Shown piece by piece: positions 16,090 to 31,107 of a stretch of DNA of 64,000 bases (positions are counted from its first letter, which is position 1; every line of letters starts with the position of its first letter). The notes below the pieces were generated by a model that saw only the letters and a list, made by a program, of their open reading frames with translations, was not told the DNA's origin and did no database searches. A program made the position numbers and the translations under genes. The DNA is taken from NCBI RefSeq assembly GCF_009914755.1, contig NC_060926.1; one strand, 5' to 3'. Source of the stretch: the human T2T-CHM13v2.0 reference genome, Homo sapiens.

Positions 16090-16180
16090 TCATATATATT
16101 TATATATATACACACACATAATATATGTTTGTGTATATATAATATGTATAATATTTTATATTATATGTATGTGCACACAT
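16090..16180. repeat. (TA)n/(CA)n low-complexity tract
   Basis: Imperfect TA/CA dinucleotide runs. Confidence 0.8.
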
Positions 16181-17169
16181 ACTCTCCAGACCATCAACTC
16201 CACCAGTGTTGAAAATAAACATGGAAAAGTCCTCATCCATATCACCATAGGCGGTCTTGGAGATGGGCCTTTCAACTCAAGCTGGTCTCAGCAGCTAAGG
16301 GATTAGTCTATCCCTTGAGAAGGAACTAGGCAACTGGAATGAAACAAGAAAAGTGAGCATTTGGGGGTGACACTTCTCAAACTGAAGAATTTTTATTCTA
16401 GGGAGTATTAATTGTGAACAAATGTTCAATTTCTCATTGGGTAAAGGGTTAATCTCACTGGTGGGTAATTGCCCATGAGAAATTATCTGGTCGTGAGAAG
16501 TCTGCTCTCCATGTCCCACCCTTGGGTGAACTGTTCACACACTTCACCACTTTGAAGTCTTCCCTTGCAAAATGTATGGCATTAAAGCCTATTTGTCTTC
16601 CCCCTTAAGGGCTATGAAGCTCAAAATCAGTCACTGAATGAAACAAAACTCAGCTCCTTTGAATAAAACAATTTACTCCTTGAGTCAACTTGAGTAATTC
16701 TCACTTATGCCATTCGTAATTATAAGGGGGAAAAAAACCTTCTAATGTGTAACTTTCAAGAGCCTAAGTCATTCTCTGACAGAAAATTAAGAGCTTAGTG
16801 ATTCATACCAACCTTTCTAGGCAAAAAGATGCCTCTGATTATATGATGATGTGGTCCCTCATATTTATCCCCTTGAAGGGACACAGGCTGGACCCCTATC
16901 CCAAAATGTCTCCCTCAATCTCCCCTGCTAGTTAGGGTGCTGAAAACGTGCTGGGCCCTACCCGATTGAAATGAAAATCCCCCCAGAATAGCAGTACTTT
17001 TGCCTTAATCTGACTTATGGAGGGCAGCAGGCAGAGGAGGACAGGTTTTCTGGGGCTGACATTCCCCCTTAGACTTCCCACTGAATATAAAATTACTGCC
17101 TCAATCTACTCTTTTCTCCTGGAGCCTCCAAACCATAGCTGGGAGGGAATTTTGAAAATTATCTCATCA

Positions 17170-17252
17170 AGCCTGCAGTGAACTGCGATCACAACACTGC
17201 ACTCCAGCCTAGGCAACAGAGCGAGACCCGGTCTCCAAAAAAAGAAAAGAAA
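17170..17252 (+). mobile_element. Severely 5'-truncated Alu (3' ~65 nt plus tail)
   Basis: CTGCAGTGAAC..CACTGCACTCCAGCCTAGGCAACAGAGCGAGACC; TSD GAAAAT(T/G)ATCTCA. Confidence 0.9.
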
Positions 17253-17264
17253 ATGATCTCAAAG

Positions 17265-17405
17265 GCAGCAGTGAAGGGCACAGATACTAGGCTTAGTCAG
17301 GATCTGCTACGTACTAGCTGGATGACCTTGGGCAAGTTACTTAACCTCTCAGTGCCTCAGTTCCACATCTGCGATGTGGGGATGATAATGGCACCCACTT
17401 CATGT
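17265..17405 (+). mobile_element. MIR
   Basis: TGACCTTGGGCAAGTTACTTAACCTCTCAGTGCCTCAGTT. Confidence 0.85.
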
Positions 17406-17589
17406 GCCTGAATCTTTCTCCATTCATCTCCTCTTCTCTGATCCAGTAAGCATTAACTTGTTGGTCCCTTAAAACTCTCTTCTGTCTTTCTGTCTCTGTT
17501 TCTCTCTCCCTTGACCTGGGCCTTCTAAACGTTATTCTCTCTTGTTTGGTCAGCCTCTCCTCGCAACCTGACCCCTTCCACCTTCACCT

Positions 17590-17845
17590 ACCGCTTTTAG
17601 AGTTTACCTTAGATGTTACTTTCTCCTAGAAACTGTCCCTGACTGGCTGCCCCCAAGTCTGGGGTCAGCGTCTATGTGGATGTTCCTGCCACACCCTACA
17701 TTTCTCTTATCCAGCACCTGTCACCCTGAATTGTAGGTGCCACGTTAGACTTCGCTCTTTGAGAACAGGCACAGTGTCTTTCTTCTCTCTTGTCCAATGA
17801 CTGAGCATACAGGTTGGATAAAGATTTATTGAATTAAGGAATGAA
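17590..17845 (+). mobile_element. L2 3' fragment
   Basis: TTAGATGTTACTTTCTCCTAGAAACTGTCCCTGAC..TTTATTGAATTAAGGAATGA. Confidence 0.55.
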
Positions 17846-18880
17846 CCAGTAGATAGATGGATGAAGGTTAGACAGAAGCCTAATACCAACTTATGGAAAT
17901 TCCTACAGACATTTCAGTGGAGAGGGTATGAGAATGGAATTACCCAGAGCAGGGATCTTTGCCATCAAATATAGATTTAGATGTTACTTAATTTCCTTTT
18001 AAAAATGGATGGCCTTTACTGCCAACAGCTCAGAAACTACTTGTTTCATTTAACTTTATCTCCACATATGTAGGAGTAATATACCCTCAGGATAACAATA
18101 CCAAGAAGTTTCTTTTTTTTATTTTAGAAGAGGACAAACAGGAAGGAAAAACAGGAATTGAATCCCCTAGTATGTAGTCATGTGTTTCTGTTTTCTCAGA
18201 GCCTCAGTTATAGTGAAGAGATACATGACATTTAGATATGAAGCTTGGATCTCAGTCCCTGGTGAAAATAGGGTATTTCCATGAGGTAATCACTGCTCTA
18301 AATATGTCAATAGTGTGTTGTCATTCTGTTGAATAGAGCTCCAGCCCGAAGGAATTTCCCTAGGAGCCCTGCTTCAGCCATCTCCCTGGCCCCCTGGGAG
18401 GGAGGGGTTTATCTGGTTTTTGCCTTGGTCTGAATGTGAGGTCATCCCCATCACGCACACTCTTCAGGGCACTGTCCCAGGCACTGAGAAACAAAAGGGT
18501 GGGAGGTAGACATGGTCTCCATCCAGAGAGAGCAGAGGGTCCCAAGGGTACACAGACAAATCACCATCCTGAGGCACGGGGCCAGGGAAGAGAGCAAGAC
18601 TTTGTTCATGGACAGGACAGGAAATGAATGAGGGAGCAGACGAGTAGCCAAACTGAGACCCTCTTACCTTTGACAAGTTGACAGTGAAGCAAAGGAAGCA
18701 GATGAGGCAGGACTTTGCTCGTGAAGCAGGGTCGGGGGTGCATTTGTAAAGGAAGGAGCCGCTAGAGAGGAGCTAGGAGGCTGTGATAGATAAAAGACAG
18801 AGTGAAGGACAGTGGGAGACAGCAGAACAAGATCAAGATGGAGGAGTCAACTTTGGTTTGAAAGAACTTTTCCTCATCTA

Positions 18881-19287
<407 letters not shown>

Positions 19288-19364
19288 TCAATATAAAAAC
19301 AGATTTTTCTGGGGAGAGGAGAGAAGTAAGCATAGGGAGTTCCTACTGGAGCCAGGCAGTCCTG

Positions 19365-19423
19365 GGACCAAGTGCCTGCATTGTGACTTGGAGGACCAAG
19401 TGCCTGCATTGTGACTTGGAGGA
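19365..19423. repeat. Perfect 28-bp tandem duplication within a degenerate MIR
   Basis: GGACCAAGTGCCTGCATTGTGACTTGGA x2. Confidence 0.95.
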
Positions 19424-20203
19424 AGTTGCCTCTTTAAACCCGGGATTCATCATCTGCAAGACAAGGTTATTGATACTCGCCTCGCAGATGAAGTGTAGTT
19501 ATGGCGCCAGCCTAGTGCTTATGGCTGCTGCATACATGGTAGCAGCTGTGATTACTACTGTAACTCATCTCAGGGAAGCAGGAGGTGTAGGCATCCACAG
19601 AAGGGTAACAGGGAAAGGATGGTTTAGGGGCTTTGGGGAAATGAGCCGCCATGGGACTATTACAGAGATAGTCAGAAGGGGACTAGAAGGAAGGCCATGA
19701 GGTGGTAAAGGACCAGCAAAGGTCCAAGGGCAGGAATTTGGGGCAGTCCATTGGTAACTCTGGGACTTTAACTGGTAGGGTTCAGCAGCCTGGGAGTGGG
19801 ATCTCAGCAGCTGGGGAGAGGGATTGACATTTCCATTAACATTGTGTGGACATTCACATCCGTGAAGGAAGTGTCTAAACTCTAGTTTTAGGGAGGCTGA
19901 TCTTTTGATCAGGGTTTGCACAACAAAGCACCACTCCGGTGCCTGTAATTCTAGGACTCCCTGTTTCGCAGCCGTTAGCATCAGACAGGTTTCCACCAGT
20001 TTTCGTTCAAGTCACTGCCCTAACAACCTTCCTATGTGTGTGTACAGAAGGAAGAGCCAGATATATGATGAACAATGGTTTATGACAGACCCAACAAATG
20101 CCTTTGAGACAGAATGCCTTTGAGATGTTACCTTACGCTGCTGGTCATTCATTTTGACAACTTGGATTGTCAATTGACTTGTAGTAAAAGGAGCACCCTA
20201 GAA

Positions 20204-20373
20204 CAGTTTCTAAACCTCAGCACTAACCAGATATGGTGCCAGATAATTCTTTGCTGTGGAGGTTGCCCTGTGGATTATAAGATGTTTAGCAGTATCCTTG
20301 GCCTCTACCCACTAGATGCCAGTAGCAGCCCTCCCCGCTGGGGGTAGAATTTGCCCCTGGTTGGGAATCACTA
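20204..20373 (+). mobile_element. MER20 (hAT-Charlie MITE), internally deleted
   Basis: AAGATGTTTAGCAGTATCCTTGGCCTCTACCCACTAGATGCCAGTAGC; perfect 8-bp TSD CCCTAGAA at 20196-20203 and 20374-20381. Confidence 0.9.
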
Positions 20374-20599
20374 CCCTAGAAGTACAATGATAATCCTTGA
20401 TGAAAACCATACTAGTGTCCACATTTTACTACTTTGAACTCAGCTGTGATAATCTCCCCAAATAGCAGTTCTCCAAGGACCTTCTTCCTTATGGCCAAGT
20501 CCCCAGTTGTTGCATCACTTCATTTAGCAAGGCAGAGCTAAATGATTGCAAAAAGGTAAAGCTGAGAAACAAGAGCTACACAAATTTACAGGCATTTCA

Positions 20600-20765
20600 T
20601 CAGGAGTGGTTCAAGTTTTATAGAGCCTGAAACGTATGCACCTTAGGAAGCCCTTTTCATGAACACTAATGCATAATTGTAAACACAAAATCGCTAGGGC
20701 CCCTCTTGGGGTGTTGGAAGAAGCTGGGGCTCAGACTTTATTGGTTTCTCCATGAACCTGCTTCT
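20600..20765. mobile_element. Probable hAT-Tip100-type MITE relic
   Basis: CAGGAGTGGTTCAAG..TGAACCTGCTTCT degenerate terminal inverted repeats; family uncertain. Confidence 0.4.
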
Positions 20766-21769
20766 ATACATCATGCAAACTTATTCTTTGCTCAATTTTC
20801 TTCTCCTGTCTGAACTTTTTCCTCCCAGAATACTATGTTGGATAATCCTACATATAACATTCACTTCCAACGTGCTTTTCTCTTGTAAACAATTACTTAA
20901 GATATTATCCCTTTTGCTTCTTTTTTTCCACAAGTTATGAAGGCGAAACCATATTGCTTTCAGCTAAAGAGGTGCAAAGTTGATGTGAGACTAGGTAAAA
21001 GAAACCATCTAGATCTCAATTTCCAAGGCTATATGGAAAATGAAATTGTTCTACTTATTAAAATAGCATTTCTTAACCTTCTTGTGACTTACTAAAAATG
21101 ACCATTAACATTTTCAGTGGGTTCCATTTTGGTTTTGGTCAGAGTTTCTTCTGTTTCACTGAGAATTTCGGTGACATTTATCCTTCACTTCCTTTTTTTT
21201 TCTGCTGCCCTCTGGGGCTGAGGCTAGGGGATGTGGTGCTCTTGTTGGTCAAACAGCTTCTTTTGGATAGGATTAGCTGAGACCCAATGCTCCAATTCAT
21301 GATAATAAATCATGTCTTCCTTTTCAAAGTACTCTAATATTTATTCTCATTAATGTTATATGTAAGAAACTGTTATGAGTGCAGCATAAACCAGGCTCGC
21401 TTGGGAATCCATCAGTAAATAAGGTCCTCTCCTCACCCCAACAAGGCTTACAGTTGAGTAGGAATGACACATATATATACATAAACAACAGCAATAATAA
21501 TGGCCATCATCATCATTTGAGTGTGTAGTATGTTCCTACACTACCCTAAGCACTTTACAAACATACCTCAAAATATAAGGCAGAGTGTGATGTATAATGA
21601 TAAATCACAAACTGTGTTATCTGGGGCCATATTAATTACAGCTGTCCAGGGAACAGCAGGAACACTTCATGGAGCAAAGGGAATCTGAATGGAGCTCTTG
21701 GGGTCACTGTGCTCTATCCAGGCAGAGATGCTTCAAGACATAGCACAGACATTCATTTCTTAGTAGCCC

Positions 21770-22610
<841 letters not shown>

Positions 22611-22716
22611 TCTCACACAATATTTGAAGCTACTTATTTAAAAAATGCAGCCATAATAGATTGTTAAAACAAGAATGGAAAGCAAAGATCACTTTAAGCA
22701 AGAGAAGAGAGAGCTA

Positions 22717-23097
<381 letters not shown>

Positions 23098-23596
23098 TCA
23101 TGAGTTTCATAACTTCACCTTCTTTTCTAAAAAAGGACACACGTGCTTGCTCTAAACTCTAAGAAAGCTGACAGAATCTTTATCCAGGGATGGTGAATGG
23201 CAGTAAAATTCTTTTTCACAGATACAGAAATGTCTTTCATGTGTTGATTTCTTACACCTAAATTGTTGTCTTGTGACAGCATTTCTGTGGGGTGCCGAGA
23301 AGCTTTGATCTAAGAGTACCCCTTTCTGGTGCTCTAATTCTAATCTGACCGTGGGGGACAGTCGAGAGCAGTGCTTTTCAAGCTCTAATGTGCATCTGAA
23401 TGACCTGGGGATTCTAAATCAGTCATCTGGGGTGGGGCCTGAGGTCATGCATTTCCAACAAGCTCGAGAGGCTGAAGGCTTAGAGCAGCAGTTCTTAAAC
23501 CTGAGCATGCATCAGAAACACAGGGGGCCTTGTGAAAATGGGTGGCTGGGCACCACCTCCAGGGTTTTTGATATAGTAGTACTGAGGTAGGCCTCA

Positions 23597-24400
<804 letters not shown>

Positions 24401-25252
24401 CAGAGTTTACATTTCTAACAAGATCCCGTGTGATACACATTTTAAGAACTGCTGGCTTAGAACATCCCTCATGACTGTGAGTGGTCCCTCACTGGCTTCA
24501 CATGAAAGTTGATGGTTACAAAATTCAAGATGAAACAACCATGATAGGCCTTCTAAGCAGGTATTTTGTGAGTTTAAATGAAAAGAGATCCACATGCCTT
24601 ATTTAGATAATGAAGATAAGGATAGCTAACATTTATTAATCTTTTCTCTTTGTAACACACTAAGGGTATAACACACATTATCTCACTTGGCATCTGGCAT
24701 GGGCAGCAGTGTTGGTGTTTGATGTTTGGCTGAGGAGCCAGACTTGTGTGCGTGCTGGGAGGGGGTGTTTTCGGTGCACTGTTGTGGTCTGCAGAGGTAC
24801 CTGCATGCCAGGCCAAACTGTCCCTCAGGAAACACCTTTAGATCTAGACTAGCAGATGCTAGAGGCCCGAGTTCTGCTTCACAGAGTCTGCAGGAAATAA
24901 ATGAAAGAAGTTGAGGGCAGGTGTTAACAATCATCTGTTTCAACCGCAAAAGTACCTGAATATAGAACAGAATTTGTCAAGCCTGGCGCACAGCAGGAGC
25001 ACCTGGATGCCCGGGACCCATCCACAGAGGGTGTGATTAGATTGGCCTGGAGAGACACCTGGGCACAGGCATTTTTAAGAGCTCCCCAGCCAGGGTTGAG
25101 AAACACTGGTACAGGTTTGATTGCAGCAAGATGAATCGGGGTGGCTGAGGAAGGGAAGGGGCAGAGACCAAATTGAACAAAACAAAACATCTATTCCCAG
25201 ACTGGATCTCTCTTAAGCATTTGCCAAATTGGTTTTGTGCTATCCTTTAGAA

Positions 25253-25425
25253 CAGTGGTCTTCAAATTTAGTATGCATCAGAGTCACCTTGAGGTTTCCT
25301 TAAAGCAGATTGCTGGACCTACCCCCAGAGTTTCTAATTTAGCAGGTCTGGGGTGGGCTCAAGAATTTGCATTTCTAACAAGTTCCCAGGTGATGCTGAT
25401 ACTGCTGGTCCCAGAAGCCAGTTTC
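25253..25425. mobile_element. MER5A
   Basis: ATGCATCAGAGTCACC..GGTCTGGGGTGGGCTCAAGAATTTGCATTTCTAACAAGTTCCCAGGTGATGCTGAT. Confidence 0.88.
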
Positions 25426-25539
25426 TTTGCTATTAAGACCTTCATTGCAACATACAGAAGGATGCCTATATTTCTTATTTTCTACTTATTCTCAACTCTT
25501 TTTTACTGAAGCAAAAAAATACAAACAAAAGTGAAAACA

Positions 25540-25833
25540 GGCCGGGCGCGGTGGCTCATGCCTGTAATCCCAGCACTTTGGGAGGTGGATCACCTGAGGT
25601 CAGGAGCTTGAGACCAGCCTGGCCAACATGGTGCAACTCCACCTCTACTAAAAATACAAAAAGTAGACGGACATGGTGGCATGTGCCTGTAATCCCAGCT
25701 ACTCAGGAGGCTGAGGCAGGAGAATTGATTGAACCCAGGACGCAGAGGTTGCAGTGAGCCGAGATGGCACCACTGTACTCCAGCCTGGACGAGAGTGAGA
25801 TTCCACCTCAAAAAAAAAAAAAAAAAAAAAAAA
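25540..25833 (+). mobile_element. Alu (AluS-type) with a small left-arm deletion
   Basis: TSD AAAAGTGAAAACA. Confidence 0.96.
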
Positions 25834-27047
25834 AGTGAAAACATGTGAAATCATTCATAATCCGATGATAGCCACAGTAGATGGCTTTTTTTTCCCACAT
25901 AATACATATGTATGTATACAGATTTTCTTTCAGAAATTATAATGGTCATATGAAGAATGTGTTTGCATCTAGAAAGATATTTGTGCATTATTTCAAGGTC
26001 CTTATATAATCTATATAATACACAAAATCTATATAATTTTTGCTATGAGTTTAGAATTATAACAAAGTTTATTTCTTTTGATAATATCTTCAATATTATG
26101 TAATAAAAATAACTTTAAAAATCTATATCTAGCTATTTTAACAAATGTTAAAGAGGCCACAGTCTTGTTAAAATGCTATTTAAGTTGAGGTCTAGTGGTA
26201 TTATTTTGGTAAAACCCCTGATTTGTTAAAATTGTAGTAGGATCTTTTATCAAGCTACATAGCTTGACCCATAAATGTTTTTCATTTATGAAACCAGAAT
26301 ATCTCCACAGAGGAGATCCATAGAAAAAAGAAATCAGAATAAAGTCAGGAGATACTAAAGGGTCTCCACGTTTATAAGCCTTTTCTTAATTGAGAATAGT
26401 CGCGAATAGCGAAGACTAAGAGTGGCATGCATTCAGAATTTGTCCCTCACATGTAGGACAAGAGTTAGAAAACCAGCCCACACCACCTGGCAGATGATGG
26501 CACAATTGGATGTGGTTGTTTAATTTGTAGGCTAAGAGATTATAGTATTAAAAGGAAGACAGAAAAGAATTTAAACTAGGCCACTACAGTAAAACACAAA
26601 AATACAAATGAAGAGACAAAACCTCCACAAAGGACCAGGCAAATAAAAATACCGAAAAGCTGCAACTGTTCTGAATAGTAAGCCTGAAATTAAATTCAGG
26701 AATTGCTTAAGGGAGGACGGTCAGGAGCAGCCCCTGAAGGCTGGTGGTAGTCTTCATTCACTACCTCAGGGGAGAAGCCTGTCCTCACTTTCAGAGGTGT
26801 GGAGGTGTGGGCCATTCCTGTTGCCTTCCTTCCCTCCCGAAGACAGCCCTGTCCCCCCACCACCTAGAGGCACTTTCAGCAGCACCCAGACACAGTCCTC
26901 GATCTTCCCCCTGGGACGGAATGGCACCAACAAAGGAGAGGGCAGTGTTCTCACCCCTGGCTGCACTCCTGAAAACACCTGTCCCGGGCCCCACCCGCAG
27001 GCTTCTAATTTAATTGGTCTGGGGTGGGAAACTAAGCAGCAGTTTTG

Positions 27048-27229
27048 CTTTTTGTTTTTTTTCTGTGTGTGTTTTGTTTTTGAGACAGGGTCTTGCTCCA
27101 TTGCCCAGGGTTGGGGTGCAGTGGTTCAGTCATGGCTTACTGCAGCCTTAAACTCCTAGGCTCAAGCAATCCTTGTGCCTCAGCCTCCTAAAGTGCTGGG
27201 ATTACAGGCATGAGCCATCGTGCCCAGCC
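27048..27229 (-). mobile_element. Monomeric Alu (FRAM/FAM-like or arm-recombined)
   Basis: Right-arm body joined to left-arm-type AAAGTGCTGGGATTACAGGC; TSD CAGTTTTG(C/T)TTT. Confidence 0.85.
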
Positions 27230-27239
27230 AGTTTTGTTT

Positions 27240-27640
27240 TCTAGTTGAAGTAATATATAAATAGCCAAAAAAGTGCACAAGTCATGTGTGCAACTCAGTG
27301 AATTATCACAAAGCATACATTTTTTTATATTTGCATAACTGGGTATATCACAATTTGTCTGTTCTGCTGGGCATTTGAGTTGTTTCTAGTTTGAGCAATT
27401 ACAAATAATGCTGCTGCAAACATCCTTGTATGTGCCTTCCAGTGCATGTGCGCACACTTTTATCTGGGTATAAACTGAGGAGCAGAATTGCTGGATTGCA
27501 GGGTAGGTTTTGGTTCAATTTTAGTAGATGCTGCCAAACTGCTTTTCAAAGTGATTCTACCAATTTATACTCCCATTAGCAATGTTTGTGAATTCTAGTT
27601 GCTCCGCAATGTTTGTGAATTCTAGTTGCTCCACATTCTA
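27240..27640 (-). mobile_element. L1M fragment containing a 27-bp tandem duplication
   Basis: GGGCATTTGAGTTGTTTCTAGTTT..GAATTGCTGG..TGCCAAACTGCTTTTCAAAGTG..TTTATACTCCCA. Confidence 0.82.
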
Positions 27641-28269
27641 GCAAGAAAACAGTATACGTAAAAGCTCCCTGGGTGATTCTGCTGTGCATGAGGAGAAGAA
27701 CCACCAATGCCATCATATATCACATGCTTTGCAAATGGCATATGGTCTCACGTGTGCTGGAGTGCTAGGGATACAGGGCATAGACTATGATGTCTTCACA
27801 ACTATCCAGGAAGAAAACAGTACAGACATTTGTGTTCCCTTTTTGCTAATGAGGACACAACGCAAAGTTAATTGACTTACCAGAAGTAACACAGCCATGT
27901 AGTGACAGTCAGGACTAAAACCCAGAATTCTTGATTTCCATCCCTTTGCTTGTCCCAACATACAACACAGCCTTATTCAGAAGATGTCCAGTGTATAGAG
28001 GTTTGGGGCAAATCAGATGTCGAGGCACCTTCTCAGTTGTTTGAGAGTTTCTGTACCAGAGTTTAAGAAAAAAAAGAAAGCAGAATAAATGACTCAGACT
28101 TTCCCTGCCACCAAAGTCTCAGGCCTTGGTTGTGAGAAACACAGAGACCCTCCCTTCAGACAGGAATGAAGAACAGGAAATGTGTCCCTTCTGTGCCTGG
28201 GACTCTACACAACCAGAAAAGTGAAGGGTGCCTTCAGGAGCAATTTGGCCTGAGTGTCCCTCAGACCAG

Positions 28270-28450
28270 CTAGGCTCTGACCCCCAGCTCTTCCCTGTCC
28301 TCACCGGGTGACCTTAGACAAAGGGTTCAATTTCTTCGAGTCTCGATTTCCTCATTAGTAAAATAGGAATAATAATATACATACTTTAGGTTCTAAGAAG
28401 AGAATATTATCTATAAAAACAAACATATAGTAAGCATTTAATACAATGTA
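28270..28450 (+). mobile_element. MIR
   Basis: GTGACCTTAGACAA..TTTCCTCATTAGTAAAATAGGAATAATAAT. Confidence 0.65.
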
Positions 28451-28452
28451 GA

Positions 28453-28763
28453 TTTTTTAATTTTTATTTTTAGACAGTGTCTTGCTCTGTTACCCAGGCT
28501 GGAGTGCAGTGGTGCTATCATAGCTTACTGTAACCTCAAACTCCTGGGCTCAAGCAATCCTACTGCTTCAGCCTCCTGAGTTGCTGGGATTACAGACATG
28601 TACCACCAAGCCCAGCTAATTTTTAAATTTTATTTACTTATTTATGTAGAGATGGGGTCTCACTGTGTTGCCCGGGCTGGTCTGAAGTCCTGGGCTAAGG
28701 CCATCCTCCCACCCCAGCTTCTCAAAGTGCTGGTGTTACAGATGTGCACCACTGCGCCCAGCC
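28453..28763 (-). mobile_element. Alu (AluJ-type)
   Basis: Full antisense Alu. Confidence 0.94.
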
Positions 28764-28893
28764 TGATATTCTTAATACTACCAGAAACAGCCCATGAGTC
28801 CTCTACATCTTCAATTTTTCCCTCTCTACTGAATCCTGTTTTTTCCTCTCTATTGGATCTTTTCCATAAATTTAAAAGGCAATTATTTCTCCT

Positions 28894-29191
28894 ATTTTTT
28901 TTTTTTTTTGAGACAGGGTCTTGCTCTGTCACCCAGGCTGGAATGCAGCGATGCAATCATGGCTCACTGCCACCTCGACCTCCCAGGCTCAGGCGATCCT
29001 CCCACCTCAGCCTCCTGAATAGGTGGGACCACAGACATGCACCACCACACCTGGCTAATTTTTGTATTTTTTGTAGAGATGGGGTTTCATCATGTTTCCC
29101 AAGCTGGTCTCAGACTCCTGGGCTCAAGGGATCTGCCCACCTCAGCCTCCTAAAGTGCTGGGATTATAGGAGTGAGCCACCACACCCAGCT
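28894..29191 (-). mobile_element. Alu (AluJ-type)
   Basis: Full antisense Alu. Confidence 0.94.
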
Positions 29192-29305
29192 TCTCCTATC
29201 TTTAAAAAAACTCTCCCAACTCTTCTTCCTCCTCTACTTCCATTTCTCTCTTCCACTTACAACTAATGTCCTTCAAAGAGTTGTCTGTGGTCACTGACTC
29301 AAATT

Positions 29306-29616
29306 CTTTGTTTGTTTGCTTTGCTTTGTTTGTTTGTTTGCTTTGTTTGTTTTCTTTGTTTGTTTGTTTACGGAGACAGAGGTTCGCTCTGTCGGCCAGG
29401 CTGGAGTGCAATGGTGCCATCTTGGCTCACCGCAACCTCCGCCTCCCGGGTTCAAGCGATTCTCCTGCCTCAGCTTCCTGAGGGGCTGGTATTACAGGCA
29501 TGTGCCACCACACCTGGCTAATTTTGTATTTTGAGTAGGGACGGGGTTTCTACATGTTGGTCAGGCAGGTCTTGAACCCCCGACCTCAGGTGATCTGCCT
29601 GCCTAGGCCTCCCAAT
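29306..29616 (-). mobile_element. Alu lacking its 5' ~35 nt, with (TTTG)n tail
   Basis: Ends at GGCCTCCCAA. Confidence 0.93.
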
Positions 29617-29993
29617 GTTTCTTCATTTTTTAACCTTTTCTATGAGACTTTCACCCTCTCCACTCCATTGGCACAGCTCTTCTCAAGGTCACCAATGACT
29701 TTGACTTTCCTAAATGCAATAGTGGATTCCCCAGTCCTCATCTTACTTGCTCCATCAGCAGCACTGGGCATGGTCAATTGCTCCCTTTTTGATTCATCTT
29801 TGCTTGGCTTCCAGGACACACAACACACTCTCCTTATTTTCCTCCTGTCTCACTGGCTGGCCCTCCTGTCTTTTTTGCTTGTTTTCCTCTTCTTCGTAAT
29901 CATAAACACTAGACTGTTTCAGGGTTCATGCCTTGGACTTCTCTTTTCCATCTACCATCATTTTCTCAAAAATCTCATCATCTTTTGGCTTTA

Positions 29994-30384
<391 letters not shown>

Positions 30385-30526
30385 TAGTTACTTGGCCTTT
30401 CCACTAGGACATCTCACAGGGATGTCAACTCCCGTAACTGAATACCTGATCTTCCCCAAACCTGGACCCGTTAAGTCATCTCTTTCAGTTCATGGCAATT
30501 CCCTTTTTTTGGTTGCTCAAGTCAAA

Positions 30527-30781
30527 TTCCCTGGATTACTGCAGTAGTCTCCTAACTGGTCTCACCCTTGTCCTTCACAGTTTATTCTCCGTCTCCCGGG
30601 TCCAAGCGATTCTCCTGCCTCAGTCTCCCGAGTAACTCTATTTTCAAAATATTTCCAGAATCTCACAACTTCTCACTGTCTCAATTACTACTGCCCTGGT
30701 CTAAGATACTTTCTTCTCTTCCCTGGATTACTGCCATAGTCTCCTAACTGGTCTCACCCTTGTCCTTCACAGTTTATTCTC
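30527..30781. repeat. 63-bp dispersed direct repeat (30527-30589, 30719-30781) with an orphan Alu fragment at ~30587-30637
   Basis: TTCCCTGGATTACTGC..CACAGTTTATTCTC twice, 2 mismatches. Confidence 0.93.
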
Positions 30782-31107
30782 AATCCAGCAGCCAGAGTGG
30801 TCTTGTTAAAATGTAACTCAGATCTTGTCCCTGCACTGCTTAGATTATACAGTGGCTTCCCATCTGGTTCAGAGTAGATCCAAGTCCTAAGAAAAGCCCT
30901 CCATGACCCCCACCCACCCACCTACACCTTTCTGACATCACCTTCTACTCTTTCTCATGCTCACCCTGTTCTCAATTCAGCCGCGCTGGCCTGCGGACGG
31001 ATCCCTAACCTTGCCAGGCTTGCTCCTGCCTCTGGCCTTTGCACTTGTTCTTTGTGCTGGGAACGCTTCACCTCCTGATGTTCTCATGCCTCTTCCCTCC
31101 TCCTCCC

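Noticed and set aside
20097-20125. AATGCCTTTGAGA direct repeat
   Set aside because: Trivial short slippage duplication with nothing inserted
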